A stretch of DNA of 64,000 bases. Origin: an uncultured Actinomycetota bacterium (lineage in GTDB: Bacteria; Actinomycetota; Actinomycetes; Propionibacteriales; Nocardioidaceae). The notes under the pieces were generated by a model. The model made no database searches and was not told the origin of the DNA. It saw only the letters and a program-made list of their open reading frames with translations. How positions within the stretch are numbered: position 1 is the first letter of the stretch; the number at the start of each line of letters is the position of its first letter. Below are positions 1 to 10,689 of this stretch, one piece after another. The stretch is from contig CAVVID010000018.1 of NCBI GenBank assembly GCA_963748185.1, positions 6,629-70,628 on the forward strand, given 5' to 3'. Position numbers and translations under genes: made by a program.

Positions 1-101
1 AGGTGACCACCCTCGGCGGCGACGACCTCGACGACGTCGAGAGCCCGGTGCACCGACTGCACGCCACCGTCTCGGCGCGGCGCCTTCTCGGCGTCGGGCA
101 T
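1..101 (-). CDS. IclR-family transcriptional regulator, N-terminal part (runs off the window edge)
   Basis: Own translation from ATG at 101: MPDAEKAPRRDGGVQSVHRALDVVEVVAAEGGHL, typical IclR HTH start (GVQSVxRALDxxE); divergent from malate synthase. Confidence 0.85.
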   Translation of the reverse strand, partial: MPDAEKAPRRDGGVQSVHRALDVVEVVAAEGGH

Positions 102-150
102 CGCCCTCACCTCTTCCTGCGGCGCGCGTCGTGCTGGCTGGCGGGAACTG

Positions 151-215
151 TTGACAGCGCCGGGTCTGACTGCCTAGTTTTCCAAGATAGAGACGAACAC
201 TTCCATAATACGGAA
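151..215 (+). promoter_or_regulatory. glcB promoter and candidate IclR operator
   Basis: TTGACA (151-156), 18-bp spacer, TAGTTT (175-180); palindrome TTCC-ATAATAC-GGAA at 201-215 resembles IclR/AllR-type boxes. Confidence 0.6.
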
Positions 216-260
216 AAGCGGGCAAGGTACGGCAAGAGTCAGGCAAGACGAGGGAGTGGC

Positions 261-2437
261 ATGGCAGAGCGTGTACAGGTTGGAGGGCTCGCCGTCGCCG
301 CGAGCCTGCACCGCTTCATCGAGGAGGAGGCACTGCCCGCCGCGGGCGTCGACCCGCAGGCGTTCTGGGACGGGGCCGACGCGATCATCCACGACCTCGC
401 GCCGCGCAACCGCGAGCTGCTCGCCCGGCGCGAGGAGCTGCAGACCCGCATCGACGAGTACCACCGCGAGCACCCCGGCGTGCCTGACGCGGAGAGCTAC
501 AAGGCCTTCCTGACCGAGATCGGCTACCTGCTCGACGAGCCCGCCGACTTCGAGGTGAGCACCGACAACGTCGACGACGAGGTCGCCCGCATCGCCGGCC
601 CGCAGCTGGTCGTCCCGCTGCTCAACGCGCGGTTCGCCACCAACGCCGTGAACGCTCGCTGGGGCTCGCTGTACGACGCCCTCTACGGCTCGGATGTGGT
701 CCCGCAGGAGGGCGAGCTCGCCCCCGGGGACGACTACAACAAGGTCCGCGGCGACGAGGTCATCGCCCGTGGCCGGGCCTTCCTCGACGAGCACTTCCCG
801 CTGGACTCGACGGCTCGCACGCCGACGCCACGTCGTACGCCGTGGACGGCGAAGGGCTCGCCGTGACCGTCAAGGACGACGTCGTCCGGCTCGCCGACGC
901 GGGCCAGCTGGTCGGCTACCGCGGCTCGGCCGACGCTCCCGAGGGAGTGGTCCTGGTGCACCACGGGCTGCACGTCGAGATCCAGGTCGACCCCGATGAC
1001 CCCATCGGTTCCACCGATGCCGCAGGGGTCAAGGACCTGCTGCTGGAGTCCGCGGTCTCCACGATCATGGACCTCGAGGACTCGGTCGCAGCCGTCGACG
1101 CCGAGGACAAGGTGCTCGGCTACCGCAACTGGAAGCTGCTCAACGACGGCACTCTCTCCGAGGAGGTCAGCAAGGGCGGCAAGACGTTCACCCGGTCGAT
1201 GAACCCTGACCGGACCTACTCCACGACCTCCGGCTCCGACGTCACGCTGCGTGGCCGCTCGTTGCTCTTCATCCGCCAGGTCGGCCACCTGATGACCACG
1301 GACGCCGTGCTCGACCGTGACGGCAACGAGGTCCCCGAAGGCATCCTCGACGCGCTGGTCACCACGCTCGGCAGCATGAAGGACGTGCGCGGGGAGTCGG
1401 AGCTGGCCAACTCGCGGACCGGGTCGATGTACGTCGTGAAGCCGAAGATGCACGGGCCCGAGGAGGTCGCGTTCACCGTCGAGCTGTTCACCAGGGTGGA
1501 ACAGGTGCTCGGCCTGCCGCCGCTGACCATCAAGGTCGGGATCATGGACGAGGAGCGGCGTACGACGCTCAACCTGAAGGCCTGCATCAACGAGGCCCGG
1601 GAGCGGGTCGCCTTCATCAACACCGGGTTCCTCGACCGCACCGGCGACGAGATCCACACCTCGATGGAAGCCGGCCCGATGACCCGCAAGAACGACATGA
1701 AGGGCGAGACCTGGATCCAGGCCTACGAGGACCTCAACGTCGACGTCGGCCTCGAGTGCGGTCTGCTCGGCCGGGCGCAGATCGGCAAGGGCATGTGGGC
1801 GGCGCCGGACAGCCTCGCCGACATGCTGGAGGCCAAGATCGGCCACCCGAAGGCCGGCGCGAGCTGCGCCTGGGTGCCGTCTCCCACGGCTGCCACGGTG
1901 CATGCACTGCACTACCACCAGGTCGACGTCCGGGCCCGTCAGGAGGAGCTGGCCGCGGAGGGCCGTCGTCGTGACCGGGAGCAGCTGCTGGAGATCCCGC
2001 TCGGCGACCCGGACTCGTGGTCCGAGGACGACCGCCAGGACGAGATCCAGAACAACCTGCAGAGCCTGCTCGGGTACGTCGTCCGCTGGGTCGACGCCGG
2101 GGTCGGTTGCTCCAAGGTGCCCGACATCACCGGCGAGAAGCTGATGGAGGACCGCGCGACCTGCCGGATCTCCGCGCAGCACGTCGCCAACTGGCTGCAC
2201 CACGGCGTGGTCACCGAGGAGCAGGTCGACGAGACCCTGCGCCGGATGGCCAAGGTGGTCGACGAGCAGAACGCCGACGACGAGACCTACACCCCGATGG
2301 CGCCGGACTTCGACGGCGAGGCGTTCCAGGCAGCGAGGGCGCTGGTCTTCGAGGGCCGGGAGCAGCCGAGCGGCTACACCGAGCCGATCCTGCACCGCCA
2401 CCGAGCCCAGAAGAAGAGCGAAGGGACTGCCCAGTGA
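261..2437 (+). CDS. glcB: Malate synthase G (frameshift near 805-811, probable sequencing error)
   Basis: [65 protein letters not shown]; split across ORFs 3..866 and 842..2437. Confidence 0.97.
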
Positions 2438-2867
2438 GCGCACTCGACCTGGAGACCGCGCGCACGATCGTCGCGGGAGTCAGAAAGCACGCCGCCGACG
2501 CGGGGTTCAAGCCGATGACCGTCGTGGTGCTCGACGCCGGTGGTCACGTGGTCGCCGTCGAGCGCGAGGACGGCTCGTCGATCGGAGCGCTTCGAGATCG
2601 GCTTCGGCAAGGCGCACGGCGCGCTGTCGCTGGGCATGGGCTCGCGCTCGATCATGGCCCGCGCCGAGCAGCAGCCCTACTTCATCGCCGCCGTCACCTC
2701 GGCCGTCGGTGGCTCGCTCGTGCCGGTGCCGGGCGGCGTCCTGGTCCGCGACTCCGAGGGCGGGCTGCTCGGGCGCGGTCGGCGTCACCGGTGACACCTC
2801 CGACAACGACGAGGCGGCCGCCGTCGCCGGCATCGAGGGCGCCGGGCTCACCGCCCAGGCGGACTGA
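2434..2867 (+). CDS. glcG: GlcG/HbpS heme-binding family protein (two frameshifts near 2583 and 2773)
   Basis: [30 protein letters not shown] / [16 protein letters not shown] / [11 protein letters not shown] / [11 protein letters not shown] pieces in successive frames. Confidence 0.88.
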
Positions 2868-2868
2868 C

Positions 2869-4347
2869 GTGACCACCGTCTCGAGCACAGCCGCCATCGA
2901 CGCCGTCGCGGAGGTCGCGCGTCGGCTGCTGCCCGAGGAGGGCGTGATCACCGACCGGGCCAGGTTGCGGACCTACGAGTGCGACGGTCTGGCGCACTAC
3001 CGGGTGACGCCCGCCCTGGTCGTCGTACCGGAGGACGCTGCGCAGCTCGCCGCGGTGGTCCGTGCCTGCGCCGAGCACCAGGTGCCGTACGTCGCCCGCG
3101 GATCCGGGACCGGGCTGTCCGGCGGGGCGCTGCCGCATGCCGACGGCGTGCTGATCGTGACGTCGCGGATGCGGGCCATCACCGCCGTACGCCGTGAGGA
3201 CCAGCGCGCCGTCGTCGAGCCGGGCGTGATCAACCTCGACGTCACGAAGGCGGCGACACCGGAGGGCTACTACTACGCGCCAGACCCGTCGAGCCAGCAG
3301 ATCTGCTCGATCGGCGGCAACGTCGCGGAGAACTCCGGCGGCGCGCACTGCCTGAAGTACGGCTTCACCACCAACCACGTGATCGGCGCGGACTTCGTCA
3401 CCTCCGCGGGGGAGACCATCGCGCTCGGCGGCGTCGCGCCGGACAGCCCCGGCTACGACCTGCTGGGCGCGGTGGTCGGGTCGGAGGGCACGCTCGGGAT
3501 CGTCACCTCGGCCACCGTCCGGCTGGTCCGGCTGCCCGAGGAGGTCCGCACGATCCTGGTCGGCTTCGAGACCACCGACCAGGCGGGCGCAGCCACCTCG
3601 GCGATCATCTCCGCCGGCATCGTGCCCGCCGCGGTCGAGATGATGGACGCGCTCGCGATCGAGGCGGCCGAGGCCGCGGTGCACTGCAACTACCCCGACG
3701 GCGCGGGCGCCGTGCTGGTCATCGAGCTGGACGGCGCCGCGATCGAGGTCGAGCAGGAGTACGCCGAAGTCGAGCGACTGTGCAACGAGAACGGTGCCTT
3801 CGAGCAGCGGCTCGCCACCGACCCGGCCGACCGCGCGCTGATCTGGAAGGGCCGCAAGTCTGCGTTCGCCGCAGTGGGGCGGATCAGCCCCGACTACATC
3901 GTCCAGGACGGCGTCATCCCGCGCACCGCACTGTCCGAGGTGCTCAAGGCGATCGCCGACCTCTCGGGCGACTCCGGCGTCCGCGTCGCGAACGTGTTCC
4001 ACGCGGGCGACGGCAACCTGCACCCGCTCGTGCTCTTCGACGACTCGGTCGAGGGTGCCGGTGATGCCGCCGAGAAGGTGAGCGGCGCGATCCTCGATCT
4101 GTGCATCGAGCACGGCGGCTCGATCACCGGCGAGCACGGCGTCGGGATGGACAAGTCGAAGTACATGCCGCGCATGTACAACGACGAGGACCTCGACACG
4201 ATGCAGCTCGTGCGGTGCGCCTTCGACCCGCAGTCGATCTCCAACCCCGGCAAGATCTTCCCGACGCCGCGACTGTGCGGCGAGGTGCCCGGCCGCAAGA
4301 AGGGTGCCCACCCGCTCCAGGAAGCCGGACTGGCGGAGGTGTTCTGA
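2869..4347 (+). CDS. glcD: Glycolate oxidase FAD-linked subunit
   Basis: RGSGTGLSGGA, PDPSSQQICSIGGNVAENSGG, HAGDGNLHP, GSITGEHGVG, NPGKIFP. Confidence 0.95.
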   Translation: MTTVSSTAAIDAVAEVARRLLPEEGVITDRARLRTYECDGLAHYRVTPALVVVPEDAAQLAAVVRACAEHQVPYVARGSGTGLSGGALPHADGVLIVTSRMRAITAVRREDQRAVVEPGVINLDVTKAATPEGYYYAPDPSSQQICSIGGNVAENSGGAHCLKYGFTTNHVIGADFVTSAGETIALGGVAPDSPGYDLLGAVVGSEGTLGIVTSATVRLVRLPEEVRTILVGFETTDQAGAATSAIISAGIVPAAVEMMDALAIEAAEAAVHCNYPDGAGAVLVIELDGAAIEVEQEYAEVERLCNENGAFEQRLATDPADRALIWKGRKSAFAAVGRISPDYIVQDGVIPRTALSEVLKAIADLSGDSGVRVANVFHAGDGNLHPLVLFDDSVEGAGDAAEKVSGAILDLCIEHGGSITGEHGVGMDKSKYMPRMYNDEDLDTMQLVRCAFDPQSISNPGKIFPTPRLCGEVPGRKKGAHPLQEAGLAEVF

Positions 4348-4349
4348 GC

Positions 4350-5608
4350 ATGGGCGCGGCCACCCTCGACCAGACGGCTCGCGAGGCGATCGGGTCGGCC
4401 TGTGCCGACGTACGCGACGCCGAGCCGGGGGACCAGGTGGACGGCATCGCTCCGGGCCTGGTCGCCCGTCCCGCCGACACCGACCAGGTCGCCGAGGTGC
4501 TCCGCGCTGCCGCCGCGCACCGGCTGACCGTCGTACCCCGCGGTCGTGGCACCAAGATGTCCTGGGGCCTGCCTCCCAGAAGCGCCGACGTGCTGCTCGA
4601 CGTCAGCGCCCTCGACGAGGTTCTCGAGCACGCCGCCGGGGACCTGATCGTCAGGGCCCAGGCCGGGACCAGGATCGCCGACCTCCAGGAGGTCGTGGGC
4701 CAGGGCGGCCAGCGTCTCGCCCTCGACGAGACCGTCCCGGGTGCCAGCATCGGCGGCACCCTGGCGCCAACGCCAGCGGTCCGCATCGCCTCGCCACCGG
4801 GACCGCCCGCGACCTGCTCATCGGCATCACCGTCGTCCGCGCCGACGGGGTGGTCGCCAAGGCAGGCGGCAAGGTGGTCAAGAACGTGGCGGGCTACGAC
4901 CTGGGCAAGCTCCTGATCGGCTCGTTCGGCACCCTCGCCGTCGTCACCGAGGCGATCTTCCGCCTGCACCCCGTGCCCGTGGCGCGCCGCTGGCTGAGCA
5001 CCCCGGTGGCCGACCCGGCGCAGGCCCAGACGGCGGTCCAGGCGGTGCTGCACGGGCAGGCCGTCCCCGCGGCGATCGAGGTCGAGTGGCCCGAGCACGG
5101 ACGGGGGGCCGTGCACGTCCTGCTCGAGGGCCGCGAGGACGGCGTCGACGGCCGGGCAGCCGCCGTACGGAAGCTGCTCGGGGGCGAGACGACGGAGTCG
5201 CAGGACGACCCGGCGGGCGGTGCGACGTACCCCTGGGACACCACGGCCACCGGTGACGACCGTGCCACCTGCCTGAAGCTGACGTTCGCACTCTCGGGGC
5301 TTGCCGACGTACTCACGACGGCGGGGGAGACCGGCCTGCACGTGCGTGGCTCCGCCGGCACCGGAGTGGTGTACGCCGCGCTCGACGCCGGGACTCCTCG
5401 CGCGACGCGGTGTGGCGGTCGGCAGCGGCTCCGAGAGACCTGCACCAAGCACGGTGGCAGCGCCGTCGTGGTGGACGCGCCGGCAGCGGTCAAGTCCGCC
5501 GTCGACGTCTGGGGACCGATGCCCGCGCTCGACCTGATGCGTCGGGTCAAGGACCAGTTCGACCCCGACCACCGGCTCGCGCCGGGCCGATTCGTTGGAG
5601 GAATCTGA
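4350..5608 (+). CDS. glcE: Glycolate oxidase FAD-binding subunit (frameshift near 4765)
   Basis: PRGRGTK, GGKVVKNVAGYDLGKLLIGSFGTL, C-terminal KDQFDPDHRLAPGRF. Confidence 0.92.
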
Positions 5609-5611
5609 GCG

Positions 5612-7000
5612 ATGACGAGCACCAGCGAGAAGACACCGAGGGCGACCGTCGGCGAGATGGGCAGCATCATCGACCTCGGGATGCCGGCACCGGGCGGCGC
5701 CTTCGACGAGCACCGCCCGCCGGACGCGGCCCTGATCGGCGACTGCGTGCACTGCGGCTTCTGCCTGCCGACCTGCCCGACGTACGTGTTCTGGGGCGAG
5801 GAGATGGACTCCCCGCGTGGCCGCATCTACCTGATGAAGGAGGGCCTCGAGGGCGAGCCGATGTCGGACTCGATGGTGCAGCACTGGGACGCCTGCCTCG
5901 GCTGCATGGCCTGCGTGACCTCGTGCCCGTCCGGCGTGCAGTACGACCGCCTGATCGAGCAGACGCGCGCCCAGGTCGAGCGCCGGCACGACCGGTCGAA
6001 GAAGGACAAGGCGCTGCGTGGGCTGGTGTTCTCGCTGTTCCCGCACCCACGTCGGCTGCGGCTGGTGCGCGGGCCACTGCGTCTCCTCCAGGCCAGCAAG
6101 CTCGACAAGGCGATGCGTCGCACCGGGTTGTTGGAACGCATGGCCCCGGAGCTGGCCGCCATGGAGCGACTCGCACCCCGCCTCGGCAAGCCCGAGCGCA
6201 TCCCAGAGCGGATCAGTGCGGCTGGCCAGCGCAGAGCCGTGGTCGGGTTGCTCACCGGCTGCGTCCAGGGCGCCTTCTTCCCGGGCGTGAACGCGGCGAC
6301 CGCACGGGTGCTGCAGGCCGAGGGCTGCGACGTCGTCGTGCCCCGGACCCAGGGCTGCTGCGGTGCTCTGTCGGTGCACAACGGCCGTGAGCCGGAGGGC
6401 CAGGCCTACGCCCGCAAGCTGATCGACACGTTCGAGGACTCCGGCGTCGAGTACGTCGTGGTCAACTCCGCCGGCTGCGGCTCGACGATGAAGGAGTACG
6501 CCGAGCTGCTGGCCGGCGACCCGGCGTACGCCGACCGCGCCAAGGGTTTCGCCGACCGCGTCCGTGACGTCGCGGAGATCCTCGACGAGCTCGGACCGGT
6601 CGCGCCCCGGCACCCGCTGGAGCTGACCGTCGCCTACCACGACGCCTGCCACCTCGGGCACGCACAAGGTGTCCGTGCCCAGCCCCGGCGGCTGCTCGAG
6701 GCGATCCCGGGGCTGGAGCTCAGGGAGATCGCCGAGGGCGAGCTGTGCTGCGGGTCGGCCGGGATCTACAACATCCTCAACCCCGAGCCCGCCCGCGAGC
6801 TCGGTGACCGCAAGGCCGCCAACATCCTCGCCACCGGCGCCCAGGTGCTGGTGACGGCCAACCCCGGGTGCCTGATGCAGGTCACGACGGCCATCGAGCG
6901 CTCCGGGCGCCCCATGGCCATGGCACACACCGTGGAGATGATCGACGCCTCGATCAGAGGCACCCCCGCGAGCGCGTTCGTTCCCAACCCATCGGCCTGA
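5612..7000 (+). CDS. glcF: Glycolate oxidase iron-sulfur subunit
   Basis: CVHCGFCLPTCP and CLGCMACVTSCP ferredoxin motifs; CCG domains (GCCGA, YHDACH, CCGSAGIYN, NPGC). Confidence 0.95.
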   Translation: MTSTSEKTPRATVGEMGSIIDLGMPAPGGAFDEHRPPDAALIGDCVHCGFCLPTCPTYVFWGEEMDSPRGRIYLMKEGLEGEPMSDSMVQHWDACLGCMACVTSCPSGVQYDRLIEQTRAQVERRHDRSKKDKALRGLVFSLFPHPRRLRLVRGPLRLLQASKLDKAMRRTGLLERMAPELAAMERLAPRLGKPERIPERISAAGQRRAVVGLLTGCVQGAFFPGVNAATARVLQAEGCDVVVPRTQGCCGALSVHNGREPEGQAYARKLIDTFEDSGVEYVVVNSAGCGSTMKEYAELLAGDPAYADRAKGFADRVRDVAEILDELGPVAPRHPLELTVAYHDACHLGHAQGVRAQPRRLLEAIPGLELREIAEGELCCGSAGIYNILNPEPARELGDRKAANILATGAQVLVTANPGCLMQVTTAIERSGRPMAMAHTVEMIDASIRGTPASAFVPNPSA

Positions 7001-7026
7001 TCCGCCCATCCACTTCGGGAGAAGCC

Positions 7027-8763
7027 ATGTTCGAGCAAGACCTCCAGCCGGTCGCCGACTCGCTGTTCCTCAGCGCACTGTGCGGCGCCATCCCCCTCAT
7101 CACCCTGTTCGTCCTGCTCGGCGGCCTTCGACTCAAGGCGTGGCTGGCCGGCTTGATCTCGCTCGGTGTCTCACTCGTGGTCGCCGTACTCCTCTTCGAG
7201 ATGCCGATCGGGCAGGCCCTGCTCGCCGGCACCGAGGGTGCGGCGTTCGGGTTCTTCCCGATCCTCTGGATCGTGATCAACGCGATCTGGGTCTACAACC
7301 TGACCGTGGCCTCCGGACACTTCGACGTGCTGCGTCGGTCGTTCGAGACCGTCAGCCCCGACCAGCGGATCCAGGCGATCATCATCGCGTTCTGTTTCGG
7401 TGCGCTCCTCGAGGCGCTCGCCGGCTTCGGTACCCCGGTCGCGATCACCGTGGTGATGCTGATGGCGCTCGGCTTCGAGCCCATCAAGGCTGCGGCAGTG
7501 GCGCTGATCGCCAACACCGCGCCGGTCGCGTTCGGCGCACTGGCCACCCCGATCGTGACCCTGGCCGAGGTCTCGTCGGGTGCGAGCAACGACAAGGGCC
7601 TCACCGTCGACACGCTCGGTGCGATGGTCGGCCGGCAGACCCCGATCCTGGCCGTGATCGTGCCGCTGGTCCTGGTCTTCGTGGTCGACGGCAGGCGTGG
7701 CGTCAAGCAGACCTGGATACCGGCTCTGGTGTGTGGTGTCGCGTTCGGTCTCGCACAGTTCGCCTCGGCCAACTACATCTCCGTCCCGCTGGCCGACATC
7801 GTGGCCGCGCTGGTGGCGGCCGGTGCTGTCGTCCTGCTCCTGCGTGTCTGGCAGCCCAGCGAGGTGCTGTACGCCGAGCCGGCAGAACCCAGGTCTGGTG
7901 CAGGCACACCGGAGGGCGCCACAGTCGGCGCCCGGAGCGACGAGAGGACTGTGTCCGGCGCGTCGGGCGGAGGTAGGTCAGGTGCCGCTGGGACCGGGGG
8001 CGGACCGGTGCGCGACAGCGGGGCCGAGGTCGCGAAGGCCTACGCGCCGTACGCCGTCATCATCGCGATCTTCTCGATCACCAACATCACCGCGGTCAAG
8101 GAGTTCCTGGCGGAGAAGCCGTTCACCTACGCGTTCCAGTGGCCAGGTCTCGATGTGCGGAACACCGCAGGGGAGCCGCTCGCCTCGATGACGTTCAACT
8201 TCAACTGGCTTCCCGCCGCAGGCACCTTGATGATCCTCGCGGGCATCATCACGGCCGTGATCCTGAAGGTGTCGCCCAGCGAGGCGCTGAAGACCTACGG
8301 GCGCACGTACGTCGAGCTGAAGTCCGCGATCATCACGGTGATGGCGGTCCTGGCGCTCGCCTACGTGATGAACATGTCCGGACAGACCACGTCGCTCGGC
8401 GCCTGGCTCGCCGGAGCGGGCGCTGCGTTCGCGATCCTGTCCCCGATCCTGGGCTGGATCGGTGTCGCGGTCACTGGGTCCGACACCTCCGCGAACGCGC
8501 TGTTCGGTGCCTTGCAGGTGCAGACCGCGGTCGATGCGGGTCTCGACCCGGTGCTGATGGCGTCCGCGAACAGCTCGGGCGGGGTGCTCGGCAAGATGGT
8601 CAGCCCGCAGAACCTGGCGATCGCGGCTGCCGCCGTCGGCATGGCCGGACGAGAGGGCGACATCTTCCGCAAGGTGATCGGCTGGAGCCTCGGCCTGCTG
8701 GTGCTGATGTGCGTCCTCGTCGGGCTGCAGTCCACGCCCGTGCTCGACTGGATGGTTCCCTAG
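7027..8763 (+). CDS. lctP: L-lactate/glycolate permease (LctP/GlcA family)
   Basis: EALAGFGTP, ANTAPVAFGALATP, GSDTSANALFG, GKMVSPQN; polytopic hydrophobic protein. Confidence 0.93.
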   Translation: MFEQDLQPVADSLFLSALCGAIPLITLFVLLGGLRLKAWLAGLISLGVSLVVAVLLFEMPIGQALLAGTEGAAFGFFPILWIVINAIWVYNLTVASGHFDVLRRSFETVSPDQRIQAIIIAFCFGALLEALAGFGTPVAITVVMLMALGFEPIKAAAVALIANTAPVAFGALATPIVTLAEVSSGASNDKGLTVDTLGAMVGRQTPILAVIVPLVLVFVVDGRRGVKQTWIPALVCGVAFGLAQFASANYISVPLADIVAALVAAGAVVLLLRVWQPSEVLYAEPAEPRSGAGTPEGATVGARSDERTVSGASGGGRSGAAGTGGGPVRDSGAEVAKAYAPYAVIIAIFSITNITAVKEFLAEKPFTYAFQWPGLDVRNTAGEPLASMTFNFNWLPAAGTLMILAGIITAVILKVSPSEALKTYGRTYVELKSAIITVMAVLALAYVMNMSGQTTSLGAWLAGAGAAFAILSPILGWIGVAVTGSDTSANALFGALQVQTAVDAGLDPVLMASANSSGGVLGKMVSPQNLAIAAAAVGMAGREGDIFRKVIGWSLGLLVLMCVLVGLQSTPVLDWMVP

Positions 8764-8773
8764 CGGGTCGTGT

Positions 8774-8911
8774 TCACGGCAGCACCTGGGTTCCCTGCGT
8801 CCCGGCAATCACCTCGGCGACGTCGGCGAGCGAGCCGATGGCTGCGCGGTTGCCCGTTGCCCTGAGACTCGGCGGCTCCATGGGCCCGTGGACGCCGGGG
8901 AGTTCGTCAGG
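8774..8911 (-). pseudogene. arcC: Carbamate kinase C-terminal relic with an internal micro-inversion
   Basis: Minus strand 8866->8774 reads RATGNRAAIGSLADVAEVIAGTQGTQVLP*; plus strand 8871-8911 reads GGSMGP/VDAGEFVR; together these match the ArcC end GSMGPKVxAAxxFVxxTGxxAAIGSL. Confidence 0.65.
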
Positions 8912-9273
8912 CCCGTCGCCACCTGTCCCCGCGGGCGAAGGTCGGTCGTGCCCGCCGGCCGATTCGCCTCGTCCTCCAGCCGAGCCGACGAACTTCGTCG
9001 GCGTGCACGCCGGTCGTCGCCTGCGCGGCCGCACCAGCGTCACCACCGGGCTGGCCCACCTCAGAGCCTGCTGCGCCAGTCCAAGGGGCTTGTCTCGGCG
9101 ACTGGCGCCCAGCGCCTTGGTCCGGACACCGTGGTCCCGACGTACATCATCACGAACGTTCGCGTACCAACGGTCGTGCAGCCACGCGCGCAGCTGCGGG
9201 CTAGTCCCCGCACCAGACATATCGCCCAAGACGGACAAGAACCGTGTGGAGGGGTTTGACAGCTCGGGACGGC

Positions 9274-10119
9274 ATGCAAATCTCCGGTATGCGCACCCGA
9301 ACCCGCCGACCAGCTTCGCTCCTCGCCGCACTGGTTGCCGTTGCCTGCCTCGCCGCCGCCACTGGGTTGTCCCTTCCGAGTGCCCAAGGGGCCGTCGACA
9401 ACACCGGTCCCTCGCTGACCGTCCCGGCACGGTCGTCGTACGTCATCGGGCAGGTCACCGACGACCCGCTCTTCGTGGACGGCGAGCTGTGGTTCGCCGA
9501 CCGGGGTGCCTACCGGCGGTTCGCCTGGAAGGCCTCCGACCCCTCCGGGATCTGCCGCTACTCCATAGATGAGTTCCACAATGTGGAGGGTTGGTATTTG
9601 AAGACCCAGAGCTACGCCACGCACTCGACGACCGGCAGGTTCACCTACAAGACCGACGACTACGAGAACTCCGACGACATGACCCGGGTCCGGGTGAACG
9701 CCCATGACTGCGCCGGCAACGTCACCTCGGTGACCCGACCGACCAACTACATCCACATCGAACGCGACTACGGGCCCACCGTGCCGGCCCAGTGGTCGCG
9801 CACCTCGTGCACGTGCGCGATCGGCGACTCCATGCTGCGCACCTGGACGAAGAACGCGTCGCTCAGCACCGTGGTCAACGGAGAAGGTCGTAGAGAGCAC
9901 GTCGCTCTGGTGATGGCCAAGGGACCGAAGCGTGGGAAGGCCGCGATCTACTTCGACGGAAAGCTCGCCACCACCGTCGACACCTACGCGACGGCGAACA
10001 CGAATCGGGTCGTGATGTGGGACAGGGAGCTCCCGGGGACGGTTGACCACACGGTCAAGGTGGTGAACCTGGCCACGCCCGGGCGTTCGCGGATCGACAT
10101 CGACGCCTACCTGAACTGA
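9274..10119 (+). CDS. Secreted beta-rich hypothetical protein
   Basis: Signal peptide (RTRTRR...ALVAVACLAAA...AQG-A); C-terminal GPKRGKAAIYFDG...TVD...HTVKVVNLATPGRSRIDIDA module seen in actinobacterial secreted proteins; start uncertain (9244/9274/9289). Confidence 0.7.
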   Translation: MQISGMRTRTRRPASLLAALVAVACLAAATGLSLPSAQGAVDNTGPSLTVPARSSYVIGQVTDDPLFVDGELWFADRGAYRRFAWKASDPSGICRYSIDEFHNVEGWYLKTQSYATHSTTGRFTYKTDDYENSDDMTRVRVNAHDCAGNVTSVTRPTNYIHIERDYGPTVPAQWSRTSCTCAIGDSMLRTWTKNASLSTVVNGEGRREHVALVMAKGPKRGKAAIYFDGKLATTVDTYATANTNRVVMWDRELPGTVDHTVKVVNLATPGRSRIDIDAYLN

Positions 10120-10198
10120 GCCCCACTCGAACCTCCGACCACCAGGTGCTGGACAGCCGCTCGACCTGAACGCCCGCGCACCTCAGGGTGTAAAGGCG

Positions 10199-10657
10199 GT
10201 GGGTCCGGGGCATGTAACGGACTTGAGGTTGGTGGCAGTGGCCACCACGGGTCTGGAAGGTCTATTGGTGGCGTTGACGCGAGTGGACCCGACGCGGCAG
10301 CACGAGATGCCCCGAGGGTTGCCCGACCGCCGCCCGTGGCGCGTAGCGCTGGGCCGAACTCCGGGCGTGGACCACTGCTTCCGTGCGTGTGTGTTCGTGA
10401 TCGGACTGGTGGCTGTTCTGGGCGGAGCAGTGCTCTGGTTGTTCTCCTCACTACTGACCACGCCCCTGGTCTTCGCCGGCCTCTGGGTCTGGTCCTGGGA
10501 GTTCGTCTGGGCCAGGCGCCTGTTGCACAGGTTCAGGATCTGGGCAGGCCGCCTGTGGAAGCGAGTGAAGAGACGTCCAACGAAGTGGACTGTCATCACC
10601 ATGCTCGGGATCCTCAGTGGGGTCGGGGTCTGGTGGGCCTGGTTCGAGTTCATGTAG
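10199..10657 (+). CDS. Small membrane protein, PGPGW/TIGR02611-like
   Basis: LVFAGLWVWSWEFVWARRLL motif, 2-3 TM segments; start uncertain. Confidence 0.6.
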   Translation: MGPGHVTDLRLVAVATTGLEGLLVALTRVDPTRQHEMPRGLPDRRPWRVALGRTPGVDHCFRACVFVIGLVAVLGGAVLWLFSSLLTTPLVFAGLWVWSWEFVWARRLLHRFRIWAGRLWKRVKRRPTKWTVITMLGILSGVGVWWAWFEFM

Positions 10658-10689
10658 CGCAGGTCCCGCCAGCCACGACAATGGGGCCA

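Noticed and set aside
2017-4347. 776-aa ORF suggesting a GlcG-GlcD fusion
   Set aside because: Created by frameshifts in glcG; glcG stops at 2867 and glcD has its own GTG at 2869.
4124-7009. Long antisense ORFs (961 aa here; also 734..2443, 20075..22048, 27306..29006, 44778..46943)
   Set aside because: Shadows of real genes caused by high GC3 codon bias; no recognisable motifs apart from the true DUF2470 tail of the last one.
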